This document shows positions 20,547-30,555 of a stretch of 64,000 bases of DNA, piece after piece; position 1 is the first letter of the stretch; every line of letters starts with the position of its first letter. The notes under the pieces are model-generated. The model was not told where the DNA came from. It did no database searches and saw only the letters and a program-made list of their open reading frames with translations. The stretch is from NCBI GenBank assembly GCA_017503005.1, contig JAFVTW010000017.1, positions 32,853-96,852 of the forward strand. The letters are read 5' to 3'. Source of the DNA: Clostridia bacterium. Its GTDB lineage: Bacteria; Bacillota; Clostridia; Christensenellales; UBA1242. Both the position numbers and the translations under genes were made by a program.

Positions 20547-21434
20547 ATGATAATTCAATGGTTTCCAGGGCATATGACCAAGGCCCTTAGAATGATGGAA
20601 AAAGAAATAAAGGTAGTAGATGCTATTATTTATGTTCTAGATGCTAGAGCTCCTTTTTCTTGTGTAAACCCTAAACTAAACACTATAATAGGTGACAAAC
20701 CTATTATCTATATTTTAAATAAGTGTGATTTAGCAAATACTGAGTATACCAAACAATGGCAAGAATATTTTGCTAAATTTGGTGCTACTTGTATTATGTT
20801 GAATTCTACCGAAAGTGGCACAGCTAAGAAGGTTGAAAATGCTATTAAAAGTGCACTTGTTAACAAGGTTGATAAATTAAAACAAAAAGGTATCAATACT
20901 ATTTTAAGAGCGATGGTTTTGGGTGTGCCAAACAGTGGTAAAAGTACACTTATAAACAACCTGTGTGGTGTGGCAAAAACTATTACGGGCAATAGACCTG
21001 GTGTTACTAAGGGGAAACAGTGGGTAAAGATTGCTAGCGGTATTGAAATTCTAGATACTCCTGGTACTTTGTGGCCAGCATTTGACAACAATCAAGTGGC
21101 TCATCATTTAGCTTATATCGGCTCAATCAAAGAAGAAGTATTAGATGTGCCTAGTTTGAGTCTTGACCTAATTACAGACCTAAATAAGATTGATAAGCAA
21201 ATATTGGAGAACAGATACAATATTGAAATATTTGAAGATGATGAACCTATTATGATTTTGGAAAAAATTTGTGAAAGTCGTGGCTACTTACTGAAGAAAC
21301 AAGAGCTTGACTACGATAGGGGGGCTTTTGCAATCCTTAATGATTTCAAGAGTAATAGATTGGGTAAGATATCACTAGAAAGGGTAGAAGATATCAAAAA
21401 ACTGAAGATAAAAGATAGGAAACAAGATGCTTGA
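20547..21434 (+). CDS. ylqF: Ribosome biogenesis GTPase YlqF/RbgA
   Basis: IQWFPGHM.KA, NKCD, G.PNSGKSTLIN, DTPG. Confidence 0.96.
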   Translation: MIIQWFPGHMTKALRMMEKEIKVVDAIIYVLDARAPFSCVNPKLNTIIGDKPIIYILNKCDLANTEYTKQWQEYFAKFGATCIMLNSTESGTAKKVENAIKSALVNKVDKLKQKGINTILRAMVLGVPNSGKSTLINNLCGVAKTITGNRPGVTKGKQWVKIASGIEILDTPGTLWPAFDNNQVAHHLAYIGSIKEEVLDVPSLSLDLITDLNKIDKQILENRYNIEIFEDDEPIMILEKICESRGYLLKKQELDYDRGAFAILNDFKSNRLGKISLERVEDIKKLKIKDRKQDA

Positions 21435-22032
21435 TTATGAATTAGAGTACTTTAATAATGGTGTTAAATTGATAGCTGGTGTTGATGAAGCTGGTCGTGG
21501 GCCATTGGCTGGACCTGTATGTGCTGCAGCTGCAATTATGCCTTTAAATAAAGACAAAATAATAGAAGAAATAAATGATAGTAAGAAACTTACTGAAAAA
21601 AAGAGAGAAGCTTTGTATGATAAGATTATTTCTACCGCTATAGCCTACAAAATCGTCTTAATTGACGAAAAGACTATAGATGAGATAAATATTCTTAATG
21701 CAACCAAAAAAGGCATGAAAGAGGCGATTTTGGGCTTGAGTGTAAAACCTGAATTGGTTTTGCTTGATGCTGTTAATTTGGATTTAGATATAAAAAGTGA
21801 AAGTATTATAAAAGGCGATGCAAAGAGTTATAATATAGCAGCAGCTTCTATACTGGCTAAAGTGACTAGAGATAGGCTAATGATGGAACTTGATAAAATA
21901 TATCCTGAGTATAATTTCAAAAAGCATAAAGGATACGGAACAAAAGAACATATAGAAAATTTAAAAAAATATGGTAAGTGTGATATTCATAGAGATAGTT
22001 TTATAAAGAATTTTGTGGGTGGCAATGAATAA
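21427..22032 (+). CDS. rnhB: Ribonuclease HII
   Basis: GVDEAGRGPLAGPV, DSKKL, IAAASILAKV.RD, HKGYGT. Confidence 0.97.
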   Translation: MLDYELEYFNNGVKLIAGVDEAGRGPLAGPVCAAAAIMPLNKDKIIEEINDSKKLTEKKREALYDKIISTAIAYKIVLIDEKTIDEINILNATKKGMKEAILGLSVKPELVLLDAVNLDLDIKSESIIKGDAKSYNIAAASILAKVTRDRLMMELDKIYPEYNFKKHKGYGTKEHIENLKKYGKCDIHRDSFIKNFVGGNE

Positions 22033-22357
22033 AGTTGGTGTTAGTGGCGAAGTACAAGCAAAAGAGTATTTGATAAAAAAGAAATACAAAATTTTGGCTT
22101 GTAACTATACTACAAAGTTGGGTGAGATAGATATTATAGCCAAGTACAAAAATGTTGTAGTTTTTGTAGAGGTAAAATCTAGAAATAGTGTAAAATATGG
22201 ATTGCCTAGAGAGGCTGTAACAACACATAAACAAGTAAAAATAAAACAGGTTGCCACACAGTATCTACTATCAAATCAATTATTGGATTCTAATGTTAGA
22301 TTTGATGTTATTGATATTTTGGATGGCGAATTAACACATATAGAGAATGCATTTTAG
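22025..22357 (+). CDS. yraN: YraN-family nuclease
   Basis: GE..A..YL, GEIDIIA, FVEVKSR, RFDVI, HIENAF. Confidence 0.93.
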   Translation: MNKVGVSGEVQAKEYLIKKKYKILACNYTTKLGEIDIIAKYKNVVVFVEVKSRNSVKYGLPREAVTTHKQVKIKQVATQYLLSNQLLDSNVRFDVIDILDGELTHIENAF

Positions 22358-22425
22358 AATTTGATATATATGACTATTTAAAGGCAAAAACTTTAAAATA
22401 TTTACGAATATTTTGTAAAAAATAC

Positions 22426-22454
22426 TTGTATTAATATAATTGTTATGTTATTAT
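22426..22454 (+). promoter_or_regulatory. SigA promoter of rplS
   Basis: TTGTAT, 17 bp, TG-n-TATTAT extended -10. Confidence 0.6.
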
Positions 22455-22467
22455 ATTCTAGTGACTT

Positions 22468-22508
22468 CGGTTGGTCCGCTGATAACTATATGTGTCATGA
22501 ACAACTAA
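22468..22508 (+). ncRNA. Ribosomal protein L19 leader (cis-regulatory RNA)
   Basis: GGTTGGTCCGCTG...ATGAACAACT closing stem with the CCGCUG core typical of the Firmicute L19 leader; directly 5' of rplS. Confidence 0.7.
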
Positions 22509-22535
22509 TAAAATATTAGGAGGAAATTGTAAGTC

Positions 22536-22895
22536 ATGAATTTAATCGATTTAATTGAAAAAGAAAACTTAAAACCTGAACTTCCAGAATTTGCTGTTGG
22601 TGACACTGTTAGAGTGTTCATTAAGATTGTTGAAGGAGATAAAGAAAGACTTCAAGCATTTGAAGGTGTTGTTATCGCTAAGAGACATTCAAGTGTAAGA
22701 GAAACATTTACAGTTCGTCGTGTATCTTTCGGTGTAGGTGTTGAAAAGACATTCCCATTACACAGCCCAAGAATCGATCACATCGAAGTATTGAAGAAAG
22801 GTAAAGTTAGAAGAGCTAAATTGTATTACTTACGCAATTTATCAGGTAAAGCAGCTAAAATTAAAGAAAAACAAACAACAAAAACTGCTGAATAA
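22536..22895 (+). CDS. rplS: 50S ribosomal protein L19
   Basis: [41 protein letters not shown]. Confidence 0.98.
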   Translation: MNLIDLIEKENLKPELPEFAVGDTVRVFIKIVEGDKERLQAFEGVVIAKRHSSVRETFTVRRVSFGVGVEKTFPLHSPRIDHIEVLKKGKVRRAKLYYLRNLSGKAAKIKEKQTTKTAE

Positions 22896-22905
22896 CAAAA
22901 AATAT

Positions 22906-22934
22906 CCGTATATGTTTTCATATACGGTTTTTTT
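22906..22934 (+). terminator. Terminator after rplS
   Basis: CCGTATATG-tttt-CATATACGG-T7. Confidence 0.85.
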
Positions 22935-23100
22935 GTGCCTTTTTATATTATATATATAATAAAGTATAATATTATATATATTATATAAACTTTAGTTTAT
23001 GTTTTTTAACTTTGAATTATTTTGTTGTTAAAATTATATTTATTTGATATCATATTAATCGTAGTATTTTTTATAATTATTTTAGGAGTATAATAAATTT

Positions 23101-24636
23101 ATGCTTTCAATTACAAAGAGTTTTGGACTTAGTGGTATAGAAGGATATGAAGTTAGAGTAGAGACAGATATCAATGCAGGACTACCTGGCTACGACATTG
23201 TAGGGCTAGTAGGTACTGCTATTAAGGAGAGTAAAGAAAGGGTAAGAAGTGCTATCAAAAATAGTGGTTTAGATTATCCTATCAATAAAATTACAGTTAA
23301 TCTTGCTCCTGCTGATACCAAAAAAGAAGGTCCAGTTTATGACCTTGCTATAGCTGTGGGATTGCTTGCTGCAACTAAGCAGGTTGATATCAAAAAATCT
23401 AAAGAATATGTTTTCTTAGGAGAATTATCTTTAGACGGTACAGTTAGAAAAATAAATGGTGTATTGCCTATATTGATATCTGCAAAGCAAAAGGGTTTAA
23501 ATAATATTATTATTCCTGCAGACAATCAAAACGAAGCAAGTTATTTGAGTGGATTAAATGTATATGCAGTTTCATCACTAAGTGAGGTTGTTAAATTTTT
23601 AAATGGTGAGTATGTTATTGAGCCAGTTAAATTTAATGATTACAACGAAAAAGTGAATAATTTTGAAAATCCATACAATTTCAAAAATGTTAAAGGTCAA
23701 AACAATGCTAAAAGGGCATTAGAAATAGCTGCTGCTGGTGGGCACAATCTTCTTATGGTGGGCCCTCCTGGTTCGGGTAAGACATTACTTGCAAAGTGTT
23801 TTCCTAGTATATTGCCAAAGTTGACTTTTGAAGAGGCTTTGGAAGTGACCAAGATACACAGTGTTGCAGGAGTATTAGATGGTTCTGTGGGCATTATATG
23901 TGCTAGACCATTCCGTTCTCCGCATCACACAGCTACAACCATAGCTCTTACCGGTGGTGGTAGAACAGCTAAACCAGGCGAAATTAGTTTGGCTCACAAT
24001 GGAGTGCTATTCTTAGATGAATTGCCAGAGTATTCTAGACAATCTATCGAAACTCTTAGACAACCATTGGAAGATGCTGTTATCAATGTTGCTAGATTAG
24101 AGTCTACAGTAGAATATCCTGCGAACTTTACACTTATAGCTAGTATGAATCCTTGTCCATGTGGTAATTATGGCAACAAGGAAAAAGAGTGTAAATGTAC
24201 ACCTCAACAAATTCATAAGTATTTAGCTAAGCTTTCAGGTCCACTTATGGATAGAATAGATATGCATATCGAAGTGGACAATGTAAAATATGCTGATTTA
24301 CAATCAGAATCACTAGAAGAGAGTAGTGAATCAGTAAAGACTAGGGTAGACAGTGCTAGACAAATACAATTAGAAAGATTTAAACAAAGTAAGAATTACA
24401 GTAATTCAAAGATGAATGATGTTCAATTAAAGAAGTATTGTAAATTAGATGAAGAAAGTCAAGATGTGCTAAAATTAGCTTTTGAAAGTTATGGTTTAAG
24501 TGCTAGAGCATATAGTAGAATACTAAAGGTTGCTAGAACTATAGCTGACCTAGATGGTAAACCAAATATTGAGTTAGAACACATAATGGAAGCTATATCG
24601 TATAGAACATTAGACAAAAAATATTGGAATAATTAA
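23101..24636 (+). CDS. comM: ComM/YifB MCM-like AAA+ helicase
   Basis: ESKERVRSA, NLAPAD, GPPGSGKT, PFRSPHH, GEISLAHNGVLFLDE, NPCPCG, VARTIADL. Confidence 0.95.
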   Translation: MLSITKSFGLSGIEGYEVRVETDINAGLPGYDIVGLVGTAIKESKERVRSAIKNSGLDYPINKITVNLAPADTKKEGPVYDLAIAVGLLAATKQVDIKKSKEYVFLGELSLDGTVRKINGVLPILISAKQKGLNNIIIPADNQNEASYLSGLNVYAVSSLSEVVKFLNGEYVIEPVKFNDYNEKVNNFENPYNFKNVKGQNNAKRALEIAAAGGHNLLMVGPPGSGKTLLAKCFPSILPKLTFEEALEVTKIHSVAGVLDGSVGIICARPFRSPHHTATTIALTGGGRTAKPGEISLAHNGVLFLDELPEYSRQSIETLRQPLEDAVINVARLESTVEYPANFTLIASMNPCPCGNYGNKEKECKCTPQQIHKYLAKLSGPLMDRIDMHIEVDNVKYADLQSESLEESSESVKTRVDSARQIQLERFKQSKNYSNSKMNDVQLKKYCKLDEESQDVLKLAFESYGLSARAYSRILKVARTIADLDGKPNIELEHIMEAISYRTLDKKYWNN

Positions 24637-24638
24637 TT

Positions 24639-25721
24639 ATGTTAAATAAACAAGAAAAAGCAATTTTGTTTTTGACTGGTTGCGATTTTATTACTTACAA
24701 GAAACAACTTAAAATAGTGGAAGAAGTAGTATTAGATAATCTATTTGATAACTTTACTCAGTTTATAGAAGATGTGTCTACAATCTTAACACAAAAAGAA
24801 ATAGACAAGCTTAAAGAAGAATTTGATGAAGTTAAACTAAATAACTACATTTCAAACTTAAATAGTGCAAATATATCTGTGGTTACTATTATGTCTAGTA
24901 ACTATTCAAAATTATTAAAAGAAATTGATAATCCACCTTTACTATTGTATGCCAAAGGTGATGTATCGCTATTGAACTCTACTTGTGTAGCTATAGTGGG
25001 TACTCGTAGGGCATCTAGATATGGTAAAGATGTTACAGAACAATTTAGTAGTGCACTTGCAAAATCTGGTGTTACTATTGTGAGTGGATTAGCTGATGGT
25101 GTAGATACTTTCTCACATCAATCGTGTGTAAATGCTAAAGGAAAAACCATTGCAGTTTTAGGTGGCGGAATAAACAATATTTATCCTGCTACAAATACAA
25201 ATTTAGCAAACAAAATTATAGAAACAGGTGGACTTATTGTTAGTGAATATAAACCTAATGAAAAGCCACAAACATATTATTTCCCTGTAAGAAATAGGAT
25301 TATTGCAGGACTAAGCAAAGCAGTGCTTATTACAGAAGCTACCGAAAAGAGTGGTAGTATGCACACTAAAAATTATGCTTTAGAATTTGGCAGAGAAGTT
25401 TTTGCAGTGCCAGGTAGAATAAATGATATATATTCTAGTGGTTGCAACAAAATTATAAAGACTTGTCAAAGTGCTATTGCACTAGAGCCAAATGATGTGT
25501 TAAACTTTTTGGGCAAGAATTTTGTAGAAAACCAAACAAAAGTTGTACAGTATAGTTTAACAGACAAAATTATTTTAGATATAATAGATGTTAATGAAGT
25601 TCACTATGAAGAAATCCTGGCTAAGAGTGGATTAGATAGTAAAGAACTTAATACTAATTTAATTAGGTTAGAACTTAAAAATCTAATTAAGAAATTACCA
25701 GGGAATTTTTATAGCAAATAG
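24639..25721 (+). CDS. dprA: DNA-processing protein DprA
   Basis: AIVGTR, IVSGLA.GVD, FP.RNRIIAG, SGS..T, GREVFAVPG. Confidence 0.95.
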   Translation: MLNKQEKAILFLTGCDFITYKKQLKIVEEVVLDNLFDNFTQFIEDVSTILTQKEIDKLKEEFDEVKLNNYISNLNSANISVVTIMSSNYSKLLKEIDNPPLLLYAKGDVSLLNSTCVAIVGTRRASRYGKDVTEQFSSALAKSGVTIVSGLADGVDTFSHQSCVNAKGKTIAVLGGGINNIYPATNTNLANKIIETGGLIVSEYKPNEKPQTYYFPVRNRIIAGLSKAVLITEATEKSGSMHTKNYALEFGREVFAVPGRINDIYSSGCNKIIKTCQSAIALEPNDVLNFLGKNFVENQTKVVQYSLTDKIILDIIDVNEVHYEEILAKSGLDSKELNTNLIRLELKNLIKKLPGNFYSK

Positions 25722-25732
25722 TTGGAGGAATA

Positions 25733-27856
25733 ATGAACTTAGTAATTATAGAAGGTGTTGGTAAACAAGATACAATCAAAAAGTATTTGGGTAGCAACTT
25801 CGAAGTTGTGGCAACAAAGGGTCATGTAAGAGATTTACCAGAAAAAAGTCTTGGTGTAAATTTGTATGAAAATTTTAGACCACAATATGAGATAATGCCA
25901 GACAAGAAAGATGTTGTTAAAATGTTGCAAGAAAAAGCTAAAAAGGCTGACAAAATATATCTAGCAACCGACCCAGATAGAGAGGGGGAAGCTATTAGCT
26001 GGCACTTATGCAATATTTTAGGATTAAACGAAAATGATCCAGTTAGAATTACATTTAACGAAATTTCAAAAAATGCTATCAATAAGGGTTTAGAAAATCC
26101 TAGAGGAATAGATTTGAAACTTGTAAATGCACAACAAGCTCGTCGTGTTTTAGATAGATTAGTGGGTTACAAAATATCTCCTATTCTATGTAAAAAAATA
26201 CAACCTAGACTAAGTGCTGGTCGTGTACAAAGTGTAGCATTGAAATTAGTAGTAGATAGAGAACATGAAATTCAAAAGTTTGTACCTACTGAGTACTGGA
26301 CATTAAATGCTGACTTATATCCAAACAATATAAAAGATATATTTAAGGCTACTCTTACAAAGTTTAAAGGCAAAAAAGCTGTTATTGAAAATAAAGAACA
26401 AATGGATAATGCTTTAAACGAACTTAATGGTAATAAGTTTGAAGTAAAATCTGTAAAAAAGACTGTTCAAAAGACTCATGCTCAAGCTCCATATACTACA
26501 TCTACAATGCAACAAGAAGCTCTAAACAAATTAGGTTTCAATCTAAAAAAAGCTAGTTTCTGTGCTCAAGAATTGTACGAAGGTGTAAACTTGGGTGAAG
26601 AGGGCAAAGTGGCTCTTATCACATATATTCGTACTGACTCTGTTCGTGTAGCACCAGAAGCTATGGAGATGGCTAAACAACACATATTGGCAACCTATGG
26701 TGAAAAGTATTATCCTAGCAAACCAAATTTCTACAAAACAAAAGATAGTGCTCAAGATGCCCACGAAGCTATCCGTCCTATTTCTTTGGATCGCACACCA
26801 GAAAAGGTAAAGCCTTATTTAAATGCTGATAATTATAAATTGTACAAACTAATATATAACAAGTTTGTAGCCAGCCAAATGGCAGAAGCTACACACAACC
26901 TTGTTGTGGCTGAAATTCAAAATGGGGAGTATACTTTCAAGGCTAGTGGTAAAACACCTGTTTTTGACGGATTTATGGCTGCATATAGCATAGATAAGAA
27001 GTCAAATAAGAAAGTTGATAACGAAGAAAATGAAGAAGAAGGATTAAATGATAAATTGCCACCACTACAAGAAGGTGATGTATTAAATTTAGATAAGTTT
27101 ATTCCTGCTCAAAAGTTTACAAAACCACCACAAAGATTTACAGAAGCTACACTAGTTAAGGAAATGGAAGACAAGGGTATAGGTCGTCCTGCTACATATA
27201 CACCTACTATTACATTATTAGCTAGTCGTCATTATACAGACAAAGATGGCAAATATCTAAAACCTACAGAATTAGGTGAGAAGATTAATGAATTATTAGA
27301 GTCATATTTTAGTGATGTAATCAATGTAAAATTTACAGCTAAAATGGAAAGCCAACTAGATGATGTTGCTACTCAAGGTATCGACTGGCAAGATATGGTA
27401 GGTATATTCTACAAGGATTTTTCTAAGCTGTTATATGCTTGTGATAAAGATAGTGTAAAATTCAAAATACCACCTAAAGAAACAGATGTTGTTTGTGAAA
27501 AATGTGGTTCTAAGATGGTTATAAGAACTGGTAAATATGGCGAATTCTTAGCTTGCTCAAATTATCCTGAATGTAAGCATATTCAATCTATAACCAAAGA
27601 AGTAGCTAAATGTCCAAAATGTGGTAAACCAGTTTTGGAAAGAAAGAGCAAAAAGGGTAAGATTTTCTATGGTTGTTCTGGATATCCGGAATGTGACTTT
27701 GTTTCTTGGGAAATGCCTACAGAATACAAATGTCCAAAATGCGGTGAGTATCTTACAAACAAAAAGACATATGGCACATCTAGATATAAATGTTCAAATC
27801 CAGAATGTGATTATACAAAAGTAGTAAAAAAACCTAAAGAAAGCGAAGAAAAATAA
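25733..27856 (+). CDS. topA: DNA topoisomerase I
   Basis: GHVRDL, ATDPDREGEAI, SAGRVQS, ITYIRTDS (catalytic Tyr), C-terminal Zn ribbons. Confidence 0.97.
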   Translation: MNLVIIEGVGKQDTIKKYLGSNFEVVATKGHVRDLPEKSLGVNLYENFRPQYEIMPDKKDVVKMLQEKAKKADKIYLATDPDREGEAISWHLCNILGLNENDPVRITFNEISKNAINKGLENPRGIDLKLVNAQQARRVLDRLVGYKISPILCKKIQPRLSAGRVQSVALKLVVDREHEIQKFVPTEYWTLNADLYPNNIKDIFKATLTKFKGKKAVIENKEQMDNALNELNGNKFEVKSVKKTVQKTHAQAPYTTSTMQQEALNKLGFNLKKASFCAQELYEGVNLGEEGKVALITYIRTDSVRVAPEAMEMAKQHILATYGEKYYPSKPNFYKTKDSAQDAHEAIRPISLDRTPEKVKPYLNADNYKLYKLIYNKFVASQMAEATHNLVVAEIQNGEYTFKASGKTPVFDGFMAAYSIDKKSNKKVDNEENEEEGLNDKLPPLQEGDVLNLDKFIPAQKFTKPPQRFTEATLVKEMEDKGIGRPATYTPTITLLASRHYTDKDGKYLKPTELGEKINELLESYFSDVINVKFTAKMESQLDDVATQGIDWQDMVGIFYKDFSKLLYACDKDSVKFKIPPKETDVVCEKCGSKMVIRTGKYGEFLACSNYPECKHIQSITKEVAKCPKCGKPVLERKSKKGKIFYGCSGYPECDFVSWEMPTEYKCPKCGEYLTNKKTYGTSRYKCSNPECDYTKVVKKPKESEEK

Positions 27857-27899
27857 TATTGCATAGCAGTATGCATAGTAGTATAAAGGATAAACAAGT

Positions 27900-29216
27900 A
27901 TGGTAAAAGAAGTCAATATTATTGGTGCTGGTTTAGCTGGTAGCGAAGCTTGTTATCAATTGTTAAAAAGAGGATACAAAGTTAATTTGTTTGAGATGAA
28001 ACCAAACAAATTTTCTGCTGCTCACAAAAATAAAAATTTTGCTGAACTTGTTTGTTCTAATTCGCTAAAATCAAACGATGTTACATCAGCTTGTGGACTT
28101 TTAAAAGAAGAACTTAGAATGTTAGACTCACTAGTAATCAAGGTTGCAGATAGAGTTAGTGTTCCTGCAGGTAGTGCTTTGGCTGTGGATAGAGAAATGT
28201 TTAGCCAACAAATTACTGACGAGCTAAAATCTTATCCAAACTTAAATGTGGTTAATACTGAAGTTGAAAGCTTTGATTTGACTAAGCCTACTATAGTTGC
28301 TACAGGCCCTTTGACATCTGACAGTTTAGCAAGTTTTTTAAAAACAGTATTTAATGATGATTATTTGTATTTCTTTGATGCTATAGCTCCTATCGTAAGC
28401 TATGATGGAATTGATTTTGATAGTGCATTTGTAGCAGATAGATATGACAAAGGTACAGGCGATTATATCAACTGTCCTATGAATAAAGAAGAGTATGAAA
28501 TTTTCTACAACGAACTAGTAAAAGCAGAATCTGTACAACTAAAAGATTTTGAAAATTCAAAAGTTTTTGAAGGTTGTATGCCTGTAGAAGTTTTGGCTAA
28601 AAGAGGTATAGATGCACTTCGTTTTGGCCCACTAAAACCAGTAGGACTTACAGACCCTAAGACTGGTAGATATCCTTATGCTTGTGTACAACTTCGTAGG
28701 GAAACAAACAATCTAGATATGTTTAATATGGTAGGATTTCAAACTAATCTTACATTTAAAGAACAAGATAGAGTGTTTAAGCTTATACCAGCACTTAAGA
28801 ATGCTGAATTTTTAAGGTTTGGTGTTATGCATAGAAACACCTTTATAAATGCACCTACTATTTTAAATAGATATTTCCAAGTTAAGGCATATCCAAATGT
28901 GTTTGTTGCTGGTCAATTAAGTGGTGTAGAAGGGTATGTAGAAAGCATAGCTGGTGGATTGTTGTGTGCTATAAATATTGACAAACACTTAAACAATTTG
29001 TCTATGGTAGATTTTACAAATCAAACTATGATAGGTGCATTGTCAAACTATATAGAATGTGCTAATCCAAAACATTTTCAACCTATGGCTAGTAATATGG
29101 GTATATTAAATGGTGTTGGTGAAAGAATAAAAGATAAAAAAGAAAAATACAAAAAATTAAGTGATATTGCATTAAACAAAATGAAAGAAATTATCGAAGA
29201 AAATTCTATTAATTAA
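27900..29216 (+). CDS. trmFO: Methylenetetrahydrofolate--tRNA-(uracil-5-)-methyltransferase
   Basis: [39 protein letters not shown]. Confidence 0.96.
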   Translation: MVKEVNIIGAGLAGSEACYQLLKRGYKVNLFEMKPNKFSAAHKNKNFAELVCSNSLKSNDVTSACGLLKEELRMLDSLVIKVADRVSVPAGSALAVDREMFSQQITDELKSYPNLNVVNTEVESFDLTKPTIVATGPLTSDSLASFLKTVFNDDYLYFFDAIAPIVSYDGIDFDSAFVADRYDKGTGDYINCPMNKEEYEIFYNELVKAESVQLKDFENSKVFEGCMPVEVLAKRGIDALRFGPLKPVGLTDPKTGRYPYACVQLRRETNNLDMFNMVGFQTNLTFKEQDRVFKLIPALKNAEFLRFGVMHRNTFINAPTILNRYFQVKAYPNVFVAGQLSGVEGYVESIAGGLLCAINIDKHLNNLSMVDFTNQTMIGALSNYIECANPKHFQPMASNMGILNGVGERIKDKKEKYKKLSDIALNKMKEIIEENSIN

Positions 29217-29226
29217 GGAGAGTATT

Positions 29227-30555
29227 ATGGAATTATCACCAAAGCAAATTGTTGTAGAATTAGACAAATACATTGTGGGTCAAAGCAGTGCAAAAAGGGC
29301 AGTTGCTGTTGCACTTAGAAATAGATATCGTCGTAGCAAATTGCCTAAAGAAATGCGAGATGAAATTACACCAAAGAATATCATAATGAAAGGACCTACC
29401 GGTGTAGGTAAAACAGAAATTGCTAGAAGATTAGCGAAATTAGTCAAAGCTCCTTTTGTAAAGGTAGAAGCTACCAAGTTTACCGAAGTTGGTTATGTAG
29501 GTAGAGATTGTGAAAGTATGATTAGGGATTTGGTTGATGTTTCTGTAAGACTAGTGAAAGAAGAAAAACTTCACGAAGTTGGTGTAAAAGCCGAAGAAAA
29601 TGTAAACAACAAAATATTAGATGTAATTTATGCTAATCGTAGACAAGACAATTTAGACAAAGATGTAGATGTTTTAAGACAAGAAATTTTAGATGATATT
29701 AAGTCTGGCAAATTAGATAATGAAATTATTGAAATTGCAGTTCAAGATGCTGGTAAACCTATAGGTGTTATGGCTGGTATGGGAGCAGAACTTGATTTGG
29801 GGAATATGCTAGGTTCTATATTCCCACCACAAAAGAAGAAAAAGAAATTAACTGTAGAAAAAGCTAAAGAACTCCTTATGATAGAGGAAAGTGATAAGCT
29901 TATAGATACTGACAATCTTAATGCAGAAGCTATTAGAAGAGCAGAGCAAGAAGGCATTATATTTATTGATGAAATAGACAAGATTGCAGGTAAAAACTCA
30001 AAAGGTCCCGATGTAAGTAGAGAGGGTGTTCAAAGAGATATTTTACCACTAGTAGAAGGCTGTAATGTAACAACCAAATATGGTGTAATTAAGACTGACT
30101 ATATTTTATTTGTAGCAGCAGGTGCATTCCATATTACTAAGGTGGACGACTTGATTCCTGAGTTCCAAGGAAGATTCCCTATTAGAGTAGAATTAAACAA
30201 TCTAACCAAAGATGATTTCTACAATATTCTTACACAACCAAAGAATGCTCTTACAAAGCAATATTCCCAAATGTTAAGTGTAGATAATATTAATTTGTCA
30301 TTTACAGAAGATGCACTTAAAGAAGTTGCTCGTATAGCAGAGTACGAAAACGAAAATGATGAAAATATAGGTGCTAGAAGATTGCACACTATATTAGAAC
30401 TATTACTAGAAGATATTTCATTTAATGCAGATGGTAGTCATCCTATGTTGGATGTGGTTATAAACAAAGAGTATGTAGAAAAGGTTTATAAGGAGTCTGG
30501 ATTAAAGAATTCTAAGAAAAAAATTCCATTAGGATTTAATGTTTTAAATGAATAA
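29227..30555 (+). CDS. hslU: HslU/ClpY-type AAA+ unfoldase with atypical C-terminus; no adjacent hslV
   Basis: [22 protein letters not shown] pore loop, FIDEIDK, GVQRD.LP, PE.QGRFP, GARRLHT. Confidence 0.95.
   Translation: MELSPKQIVVELDKYIVGQSSAKRAVAVALRNRYRRSKLPKEMRDEITPKNIIMKGPTGVGKTEIARRLAKLVKAPFVKVEATKFTEVGYVGRDCESMIRDLVDVSVRLVKEEKLHEVGVKAEENVNNKILDVIYANRRQDNLDKDVDVLRQEILDDIKSGKLDNEIIEIAVQDAGKPIGVMAGMGAELDLGNMLGSIFPPQKKKKKLTVEKAKELLMIEESDKLIDTDNLNAEAIRRAEQEGIIFIDEIDKIAGKNSKGPDVSREGVQRDILPLVEGCNVTTKYGVIKTDYILFVAAGAFHITKVDDLIPEFQGRFPIRVELNNLTKDDFYNILTQPKNALTKQYSQMLSVDNINLSFTEDALKEVARIAEYENENDENIGARRLHTILELLLEDISFNADGSHPMLDVVINKEYVEKVYKESGLKNSKKKIPLGFNVLNE

Noticed and set aside
30539-30547. 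Mini-ORF ATG TTT TAA immediately before the helD start
   Set aside because: It lies inside hslU coding sequence, and two codons in AT-rich DNA are expected by chance.
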